From: Acidimicrobiales bacterium
GTDB taxonomy: Bacteria; Actinomycetota; Acidimicrobiia; Acidimicrobiales; QHCF01
Length of the DNA: 64,000 bases
Reading direction: 5' to 3'
NCBI GenBank assembly: GCA_039583615.1
Contig: JAVKSQ010000003.1
Span: 18,719 to 82,718, forward strand
Position 1 is the stretch's first letter. Every line of letters starts with the position of its first letter. Positions 56,279 to 64,000 of the stretch are shown here, in pieces. A model generated the notes under the pieces. It was not told where the DNA came from and ran no database searches. It saw only the letters and a list, made by a program, of their open reading frames with translations. The translations under genes and the position numbers were made by a program.

Positions 56279-57247
56279 GTGCCGGCCACTACCCTCGGGA
56301 CCGTGCACCGGGTGGAGGTCAAGCGGCGGATGGGCGAGGCGGACATCGCCGCCGTCTCCGAGCTGCTGCACCTGGCCGCCCTGGCCGACGGCCACCTGCC
56401 CCTTGGCGAGCACCAGTGGCTCGACCTGGTGGAAGGCCGGCGAACGGGGCTGGCCGGCTTCGTCGCCTGGGAGCCGGGCCACGGCCACCCGGTCGGCTAC
56501 GCCCAGCTCCTGCGGGGGACCAACAGCTGGGCGGTCGAGTTCGTGGTCGACCCCCACCACCGGAGCCCTGGCAGCACCATCGGCGCCGACCTGCTGCGGG
56601 CTGCCCTGGACGAGGTCCGCCGCCAAGGGGGCGGCCACGTCCACCTGTGGGTGCCCAAGCCCAGGCCCGAGCACGACGCCGTCGCCGCCGCCAACGGCAT
56701 GTCCCGCGGCCGCGACCTGCTGCAGATGCGAAGGCCGCTGCCAATGGAGACGGACGGGGCGCTGACAGCCACCACCCGGGCCTTTCGGGTGGGCGAGGAC
56801 GAGCCGCGCTGGCTGGAGGTGAACAACCGGGCCTTCGCCTGGCACCCGGAGCAGGGGAACTGGGACCTGCAGACGCTGCTGAGGCGTGAGCGGGAGCCGT
56901 GGTTCGACCCTGACGGCTTCCTCCTCCTCGAGCGGGAGGCGCCGCCGGGGGATGGGGGCGGGGGGGGGACCAGGTTGGCTGGCTTCTGCTGGACCAAGGT
57001 GCATGCCGATCATCGTCCGCCCCTGGGCGAGATCTACGTGATCGCGGTGGACCCCGACTTCCGGGGCCAGGGCCTGGGCCGCCAGCTCCTCCTGACCGGG
57101 TTGGCCTGGCTGTCCGACGCCGGCCTGGAGGTGGCCATGCTCTACGTGGACGCCGACAACAGCCCGGCGATCCACCTATACCGCCAGCTGGGCTTCAGCG
57201 TCGACCACGTGGACCGGGCCTACGTGGGCGATGTGGCCGCTGCCTAG
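56279..57247 (+). CDS. mshD: Mycothiol synthase (mycothiol acetyltransferase), tandem GNAT domains
   Basis: Two GNAT repeats. C-terminal active domain WFDPDGFLLLE...GFCWTKVH...GEIYVIAVDPDFRGQGLGRQLLLTGL...MLYVDADNSPAIHLYRQLGF. Start is uncertain (GTG 56279 or 56303). Confidence 0.8.
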   Translation: MPATTLGTVHRVEVKRRMGEADIAAVSELLHLAALADGHLPLGEHQWLDLVEGRRTGLAGFVAWEPGHGHPVGYAQLLRGTNSWAVEFVVDPHHRSPGSTIGADLLRAALDEVRRQGGGHVHLWVPKPRPEHDAVAAANGMSRGRDLLQMRRPLPMETDGALTATTRAFRVGEDEPRWLEVNNRAFAWHPEQGNWDLQTLLRREREPWFDPDGFLLLEREAPPGDGGGGGTRLAGFCWTKVHADHRPPLGEIYVIAVDPDFRGQGLGRQLLLTGLAWLSDAGLEVAMLYVDADNSPAIHLYRQLGFSVDHVDRAYVGDVAAA

Positions 57248-58089
57248 CCGGCCCCGGAGACGCCCACGGCGCTGCCGACGCCGAAGGTGACGGCGGCTGC
57301 GCCGGCCGAGATGGCCAGCTGGCGCAGGGACGAACGCAGCCAGGAGCGACCGGTGAAGGCTGACAAGCTGGCCCCCACCACCAATGCCGCCAGGGCCCCC
57401 ACGACCACCGAGGCCAGCACGGCGGCGGTGCCGGCGGTGACGAACCAGGGCACCAGGGGGATGAGCGCACCGAGGGCGAAGGAGGCAAAGGAGGAGGCGG
57501 CCGCCTTCACCGGTGAGCCGAGGGAGCCCGGGTCGATTCCCAGCTCCTCTCGGGCATGGGTCTCCAAGGCGAGGTCCGGGTCGGTCATCATGGCGGCCGC
57601 CAGCTCGCGGGCCTTGGCCGGCGCCACCCCCCGCGCCTCGTAGATCTTGGCCAGCTCCCGGCGCTCAGCCTGCGGGTGGCGGTGGATCTCCCGCCGCTCG
57701 ATCTCCAGCTCCCGCTGGAACAGCTCTCGTTGAGCCCGCATGGAGACGTACTCGCCGGCCGCCATGGAGCAGGCTCCACCGACCAGACCAGCCAGGCCGG
57801 CCAGGCGGACCACCCCGCCGACCGGATGGGCCCCCGCCACTCCCAAGATGAGCGACACGTTGGAGACCAGACCGTCGCTGATGCCGAAGACCGCCGCCCG
57901 GGCCGCACCTCCCTGGATGTCCCGATGGTGGCGCTCGTAAGGGCGCTCGACCACCTGTCGCCCACCAGGCCGCTGGCCACGGGAGGACGGCGGGCTGGAG
58001 ACGGTGGAGGTGCTGGAGGCCGGGGCGGCCGGGCTCGAGGCGTCCCCGGACCGTTCGGAAGACGAGGCGAAGGTTCGGGGCTCAGCCAT
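57244..58089 (-). CDS. VIT1/CCC1-family iron/manganese transporter
   Basis: AAVFGISDGLVSNVSLILGVAGA, a central coiled region with REIHRHPQAE, and C-terminal TM helices. ATG at 58087-58089. Confidence 0.8.
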   Translation of the reverse strand: MAEPRTFASSSERSGDASSPAAPASSTSTVSSPPSSRGQRPGGRQVVERPYERHHRDIQGGAARAAVFGISDGLVSNVSLILGVAGAHPVGGVVRLAGLAGLVGGACSMAAGEYVSMRAQRELFQRELEIERREIHRHPQAERRELAKIYEARGVAPAKARELAAAMMTDPDLALETHAREELGIDPGSLGSPVKAAASSFASFALGALIPLVPWFVTAGTAAVLASVVVGALAALVVGASLSAFTGRSWLRSSLRQLAISAGAAAVTFGVGSAVGVSGAG

Positions 58090-58309
58090 GGACCCGAGCT
58101 TACCGGGGAGCCCAGTTAGCATGGATTGGCATGCAGGCAGCCGGGACGGGGGCGGTGGGGATCCCCGGAGCAGGGGCGACGGCGGGAGCGGGGACGCCTC
58201 GGGGCGGGCCTGGCCGACGCTACGACCTGGACCGCGCCGAGGTGGTTAGGGCCCTGGGTGGTACTGGTCCGCCCAGCGGGGGCGGGGCGCGGATGGCAGA
58301 CTGAGGCTC

Positions 58310-58657
58310 ATGCAGCGACGGCGGTGGCTCAACCCCTCCCAGCCCCAGACGCTGCAGATCGGGGTGCTGCTGCTCTACCTCAACGCCGCCATCAGCGTCC
58401 TGCTGGGCGCCCTGCAGGTGCCGGTGGCCCTGGCGCTGGCCGTGGCCCAGGCCGCGGGGGCCTACGGGATCGCCAACGAGCGCCGGTGGGGCTACCTGAC
58501 CGGGGTCATCTCGGCCGTTGCCCTGCTCGCCGTCCCCCTGCTCATCACCGGTGGCCTGCTCGGCTTCGGCCTGCTCAACTTGATGTTCGACCTGGCCCTC
58601 ATCGCCCTCCTGCTGCACCCCCAGAGCCGCCAGTACCAGCGCATCTGGTTCAAGTAG
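58310..58657 (+). CDS. Small integral membrane protein (3 predicted TM helices), unknown function
   Basis: 115 aa. Very high GC3. Hydrophobic segments IGVLLLYLNAAISVLLGAL, VISAVALLAVPLLITGGLLGFGLL, FDLALIALLL. Confidence 0.6.
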   Translation: MQRRRWLNPSQPQTLQIGVLLLYLNAAISVLLGALQVPVALALAVAQAAGAYGIANERRWGYLTGVISAVALLAVPLLITGGLLGFGLLNLMFDLALIALLLHPQSRQYQRIWFK

Positions 58658-58717
58658 CAGCGCCGACCGCCCGATGAGCGGGGGGCCAAGCCCGAGCGGC
58701 GCTCGCCAGGGCAACGG

Positions 58718-60127
<1,410 letters not shown>

Positions 60128-60145
60128 CCACGACAGAATAGGTGA

Positions 60146-61609
60146 GTGGGCTGCCTGCCTCCCGTACCCGGCCTGGCCGGCATCCTGCTCACCGGTGGGG
60201 CCAGCCGGCGCATGGGCACCGACAAGGCGACCCTGGTGATCGGGGGCGAGACCTGCGCCAGGCGGGTCGCACGGCTGCTGGCCAGGGTCGCCTCCGTGGC
60301 GTTGGAGGTCGGTCCCGGACACTCCGGCCTGCCCAGGGTGGCTGAGCCTCGGCCCGGGAGGGGACCCCTGGTGGCCCTGGCCCAAGCGGCGGCCCAGCTG
60401 AGCCGGGCCGGCCACTCGGGCCCAGCCCTGCTGCTCGCCTGCGACCTGCCCCTGCTGAGCGAGGAGCTCCTGCGCCTGCTGGCCGGGTGGCCGGGGGACA
60501 CCACCGTGGTACCGGTGGTGGCTGGCCGGGCCCAGCCCCTGTGCGCCCGCCTCTCGCCGGCAGCCCTGGCGGACGCCCCCGCCCTGGCAGCCGCTGGGCG
60601 ACAGTCGATGACGGCCCTGCTGGAAAGCCATGTCGTCACCTGGCTGCAGGAGGACGCCTGGGGCCACGTGGCCAGCGAGGCCACCTTCGCCGACCTGGAC
60701 ACCCCTTCAGACCTGGACCGCCTCGGCCTGACCAGCCGGTGGGCGCCAGGACACCGACCGGGTGGCGGACCATCGCGCTCGAGCGTCGCCTCCGTCCGGG
60801 TGGTCGCCCTGCGGGGAGACCGCCACCTCGAGCTGGGAGACCAGGTGGTGACCGAGGAGCCCATGGAGATCCAGGTGGGCGGTCCGGGTCAGGCGCCGCT
60901 GGCGGTGACCGCCACCATGCGCACCCCCGGCCATGACTTCGAGCTGGCCGTCGGCTTCCTGGTCTCCGAGGGCATCATCGCCTCGGGCGCCGACGTGACG
61001 GCCGTCGACTACTGCAGCCAGCCGGAGGACCCGGCGCACCGGTTCAACGTGGTGACGGCCCGGTTGGCCCGCCCGGTCGACCAGGACGCCATCCGGCGCA
61101 ACTTCCCCATCACCGCCAGCTGCGGCATCTGCGGCACGGCGACCATCGCTCAGCTCCTCGTACGCTGCTCGCCCCTGGCCGCCGAGGCCGGCACCGGGGT
61201 GCCGGCGTCAGTTCTCCTCGGTCTACCCGCCGCCCTGCGAGACGCCCAACGGCTGTTCTCCCGGACCGGCGGCCTGCACGCCGCCGGGCTCTTCGCCAGG
61301 GACGGGTCACTGCTCTCGGTCCGGGAGGACGTGGGGCGCCACAACGCCCTCGACAAGCTGGTGGGCCAGGCCGCCCTGGCTGGCGACCTGCCCCTGTCCG
61401 ACCGGGTGCTGGTCCTGTCCGGTCGGGTCAGCTTCGAGCTGGTGCAAAAGGCAGCCCTCGCCGGCATCCCCGTCATCGTGGCCGTCTCCGCTCCCTCCAG
61501 CCTGGCGGTGGCCACGGCCGAGCGCCTGGGTCTGGCCCTGGTCGCTTTCGCCCGGGGCGACCGGGCCAACATCTACAGCCGGGCCGACCGGGTGGCTCTG
61601 GACTGCTAG
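60146..61609 (+). CDS. Fusion of molybdenum cofactor guanylyltransferase (MobA) and sulfurtransferase FdhD
   Basis: aa 1-195: ILLTGGASRRMGTDKA, GPLVAL, LLLACDLPLL (MobA). aa ~217-487: EEPMEIQV, TMRTPGHDFELAVGFLVSEGI, ITASCGICG, GGLHAAGLF, EDVGRHNALDKLVG, LSGRVSFELVQKAALAGIPVIVAVSAPSSLAV (FdhD). Single uninterrupted ORF. Confidence 0.85.
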   Translation: MGCLPPVPGLAGILLTGGASRRMGTDKATLVIGGETCARRVARLLARVASVALEVGPGHSGLPRVAEPRPGRGPLVALAQAAAQLSRAGHSGPALLLACDLPLLSEELLRLLAGWPGDTTVVPVVAGRAQPLCARLSPAALADAPALAAAGRQSMTALLESHVVTWLQEDAWGHVASEATFADLDTPSDLDRLGLTSRWAPGHRPGGGPSRSSVASVRVVALRGDRHLELGDQVVTEEPMEIQVGGPGQAPLAVTATMRTPGHDFELAVGFLVSEGIIASGADVTAVDYCSQPEDPAHRFNVVTARLARPVDQDAIRRNFPITASCGICGTATIAQLLVRCSPLAAEAGTGVPASVLLGLPAALRDAQRLFSRTGGLHAAGLFARDGSLLSVREDVGRHNALDKLVGQAALAGDLPLSDRVLVLSGRVSFELVQKAALAGIPVIVAVSAPSSLAVATAERLGLALVAFARGDRANIYSRADRVALDC

Positions 61610-62403
61610 GTGGGCCGCGCTCGCTGGCGGACCAGCTCGGCCAGCCGTCCGGGTGCCTCGAAGGGCAGCAGGTGGCCGGCGCTGGGCACCAGGTAGAGCT
61701 CCGCCCCGGGAATGGCTCGGGCCAGACCTCGGGCCACGCCGGGAGGCACCACGCGGTCACGGCCACCGCCCACCACAGTGGTCGGCGCCTGCACCTCCCC
61801 CAGAGCCGCCTCCACGACCGGCAGCTCGGCCAGCATGGCCCGCTGCTCGACGGCAAAGCTCCGCCAGGCCTGGCGCTGGTCGCCCACCGGCTGGTCGGCA
61901 CCCAGCCAGGCGACTGGCCACCCGGCCACCAAGGTCCCCAGGCGGCGGGGCAGACGGTTGTGGCGGCGCTGCAGCTGCGGCACCAGCCGCCCGGCCAGGG
62001 CCAGGGCACCAAACGCCATGGCCTCGCCCACGCCCGGCACGGCGAGGAGCCGGTCGAGCTTTCCCAGGCCGGCCGCCGTGCCGATGGAGGCCACCAGGAC
62101 CAGGCCACTGACCCGGCCCGGGTGGCGTTGGGCCAGGGCGAGGGCCACACCACCGCCCAAGCTGTGCCCTACCACGGTGGCGGTCGGGATGCCGGACCGC
62201 TCCAGCAAGCCGGCCAGGGCGTCGGCGTTGGCCGCCAGGCCCACCGCCGGTCCCCCGGTGGCTCCGTACCCGGGGCGGTCGGGGACGATCACCCGGTGGG
62301 ACGGCTCCAGCCGGGCGGCCACCGCGCCCCAGTCCCGGTGGCTGCCGGGCTGACCATGGACCAGCAGGACCGGCGGCCCACTGCCCCGGTCGGGCGCGTG
62401 CAC
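61606..62403 (-). CDS. Alpha/beta-fold hydrolase
   Basis: PVLLVHGQPGSHRDW, nucleophile elbow GHSLGGG, C-terminal AGHLLPFE. GTG start. Confidence 0.8.
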   Translation of the reverse strand: MHAPDRGSGPPVLLVHGQPGSHRDWGAVAARLEPSHRVIVPDRPGYGATGGPAVGLAANADALAGLLERSGIPTATVVGHSLGGGVALALAQRHPGRVSGLVLVASIGTAAGLGKLDRLLAVPGVGEAMAFGALALAGRLVPQLQRRHNRLPRRLGTLVAGWPVAWLGADQPVGDQRQAWRSFAVEQRAMLAELPVVEAALGEVQAPTTVVGGGRDRVVPPGVARGLARAIPGAELYLVPSAGHLLPFEAPGRLAELVRQRARPT

Positions 62404-62467
62404 CCGGCCAGCCTACGGCGACCGCCTGCGCTCGGACGTGGGGTCCGCCAGGACGAGCCATATCTCG

Positions 62468-63313
62468 CTATTCACTGCCTGCCACCAGAGGCGAGCGAGC
62501 CAACAGGAAGGTACCCACGCCCATCACCGCCAGGCCCAGCACCTCGAGGACGGGGTCGGCTCCGGCAGTGGCCACGTGCTCCTGGAGGGCAAAGGCCCCG
62601 ATGGCGATGCTGACCACCGGGTCGACGACCGTGAGCATGGGCAGCGACACCCGCAGGGGGCCGGCCTGGAAGGCGCTCTGCCCGGCCAGCAGGCCGGCCA
62701 CGCCACAGGCCACCAGGGCGTAGGGTTTCCAGCTGGTCAGGAGATGGCTCACTCCCTGCTCCAGGAGGCGGGCGGTCACCTTGGTAAGAGCAGCAGTCAG
62801 CCCGTACAGCACGCCTGCCGCGGCGGACAGCATGGTGGCCCGGCCGACCCCCTGGCGGGCGGGGGCGGCTGCCACCAGCACGGCGGCCGGCACCAGGGTG
62901 ACCAGCAACGTCACCAGCCAGGTGAAGGTGGGGGCGCCGTGGCGCCCGGGAGCCGGAGACGCCACCACCAGGAATCCGGCCAGCCCGACGACCACGGCGG
63001 CCGACCCCAGCCACTCCAGGCCAGTAAGGCGCCGGTGAGACAGGGCGGCGCCCACCGGAAGGGCGAACAACAGGCCGCTCACCAGCAAGGGCTGCACCAG
63101 GACGAGAGCGCCATGGCCGAGCGCGATGAACTGGAGGACGTATGCTGCCACATCGATCAGGATCCCAGCCACCCACAGCGGCCGGGCCAGCAGGCCGACC
63201 AGGAGCCCCACTCGCATCGAGGCGGCCGGTGGCTCGGCCCGCGCCGTGCGGTGCTGGAGCACCGACGCCACCGCGTAGAAAAGGGCCGCGGCGAGGGCGG
63301 TGACGACGACCAT
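62468..63313 (-). CDS. Polytopic membrane protein, DMT/EamA-like permease (about 9-10 TM)
   Basis: The internal ATG at 63311-63313 gives MVVVTALAAALFYAVASVLQHR, followed by repeated hydrophobic helices. No specific family recognised. Confidence 0.6.
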   Translation of the reverse strand: MVVVTALAAALFYAVASVLQHRTARAEPPAASMRVGLLVGLLARPLWVAGILIDVAAYVLQFIALGHGALVLVQPLLVSGLLFALPVGAALSHRRLTGLEWLGSAAVVVGLAGFLVVASPAPGRHGAPTFTWLVTLLVTLVPAAVLVAAAPARQGVGRATMLSAAAGVLYGLTAALTKVTARLLEQGVSHLLTSWKPYALVACGVAGLLAGQSAFQAGPLRVSLPMLTVVDPVVSIAIGAFALQEHVATAGADPVLEVLGLAVMGVGTFLLARSPLVAGSE

Positions 63314-63352
63314 CGTCCAATGACGATAGGTTCTCCGCCCAGGGCTGGCAGC

Positions 63353-64000
63353 GTGCTGGTCGTCTCGGCCAGCATGGGCGGGGGCCACGACGGGGCAGCC
63401 AGGGAGCTGTGTCGCCGATTGGCGGAGCGCGGCTGGCAGGCCCGGATGGTCGACTTCCTCCAAGCGTCCCCGGTCTGCGGCCGGCTGCTGCGCTGGGGCT
63501 ACACGGCCGAGCTGCGGGCCGCTCCGTGGACCTACGAGGCCACCTACCGGGTATGGGCCCAGTCGTTCCTGGCCCGCCCCCTGGTCGTGGTCCTGGCCTT
63601 GGCGTTCGGCCGGAGGATGCGACGTTGGGCCGCCGAGCTGGGCGCCGACGCGGTGGTGACCACCTACCCGCTGGCCTCGGTGGCCCTGGGCCACGACCGC
63701 CAGCGGGGCCGTCTGGCCGTGCCGGTGGTGACCTTCGTCACCGACTTCGCGGTGCATCCTCTGTGGGTCCACCCCGGTGTCGACCTGAACCTCTGCGTCC
63801 ACCAGCAGGCGGCCGACCAGGCGGCCCGGGCCACCGGGCGTCCGGCACGTGCCCCGGGGCCGCTGGTCGCCGAGGCCTTTCGGAGGCCGTCGATGTCCCG
63901 CTCGCAGGCCCGGGCGGCCTTCGGCCTGCCGCCTGACGCCCGGGTGGTGCTGGTGGTGGCCGGCTCCTGGGGAGTGGGCGAGCTGGAGGAGACGTTCGAC
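63353..64000 (+). CDS. Glycosyltransferase (GT28/MGDG-synthase-like N-terminal domain), 5' part; runs off the window end
   Basis: My own translation from the GTG at 63353 gives VLVVSASMGGGHDGAARELCRRLAERGWQARMVDFL...TYPLASVAL...VVTFVTDFAVHPLWVHPGVDL...VVLVVAGSWGVGELEETF. The SxGxGH motif is typical of diacylglycerol or UDP-sugar glycosyltransferases. Open to the window edge and absent from the ORF track. Confidence 0.65.
   Translation, partial: MLVVSASMGGGHDGAARELCRRLAERGWQARMVDFLQASPVCGRLLRWGYTAELRAAPWTYEATYRVWAQSFLARPLVVVLALAFGRRMRRWAAELGADAVVTTYPLASVALGHDRQRGRLAVPVVTFVTDFAVHPLWVHPGVDLNLCVHQQAADQAARATGRPARAPGPLVAEAFRRPSMSRSQARAAFGLPPDARVVLVVAGSWGVGELEETFD

Noticed and set aside
56960-56968. 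A G9 homopolymer inside mshD as a phase-variation (slipped-strand) switch.
   Set aside because: Runs of 7-9 G or C are scattered through many genes here (for example 8964-8971, 34883-34890, 46062-46069, 46131-46138 and 58773-58780). They encode Gly or Pro stretches. This looks like a compositional by-product rather than a specific switch.

Overview
This is a very GC-rich (about 70% by eye, not computed), tightly packed chromosomal segment with about 65 genes and no obvious mobile DNA. Gene content and order point to an actinobacterium. Supporting evidence is the mycothiol synthase mshD, an ANTAR regulator like PdtaR, and three blocks that I recall as syntenic with Mycobacterium: HAD-x-tlyA-nadK-recN...pyrG...xerD, coaE-rpsA-polA...pdtaR, and the his/trp region. 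Assignment to a deep-branching lineage such as Acidimicrobiia is only a guess.

Content from left to right:
- M50 protease fragment, dksA-like gene, xerD, ald, pyrG, recN, nadK, tlyA
- phasin-like gene, HAD phosphatase, DUF1015 gene, class I aldolase fbaB
- coaE, rpsA, polA, a DtxR-family repressor, pdtaR
- pstB-pstS-pstC-pstA
- a hydrogenase maturation module (two SIS-fold genes, then hypE-hypF-hypC-hypD) next to tRNA-Leu(CAA)
- the FAS-II operon fabD-fabH-fabG-acpP-fabF
- an ABC1/UbiB kinase, an aconitase-family protein, an acyl-CoA dehydrogenase-like protein
- trpC-F-B-A, an OmpR/HK two-component pair
- a long translationally coupled chain hisD-C-B-H-A-F-I-trpE-ygfZ-secreted protein
- nth, mshD, a VIT1 transporter, a Ser/Thr kinase, a MobA-FdhD fusion, a hydrolase, a DMT-like permease and the start of a glycosyltransferase

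I see no defence island, CRISPR array, prophage or transposon. The window is mostly core metabolism.

The items most worth a second look are:
1. A degenerate SIS domain fused to a HypC-like domain, paired with a canonical SIS gene and overlapping hypE.
2. FabD carrying a C-terminal biotinyl/lipoyl-like domain that lacks the modifiable lysine.
3. A MobA-FdhD fusion.
4. A cluster of GGAGCAG-core repeats and hairpins beside the ANTAR regulator and the pst operon.
5. A 17-bp tandem repeat upstream of pdtaR.
6. A 27-bp in-frame triplication of the catalytic-Asp strand of HisF.
7. Several other in-frame micro-duplications.

All calls come from reading the ORF translations and the DNA by eye. No searches were run. 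Start codons are often uncertain by tens of bases, and CDS coordinates include the stop codon.
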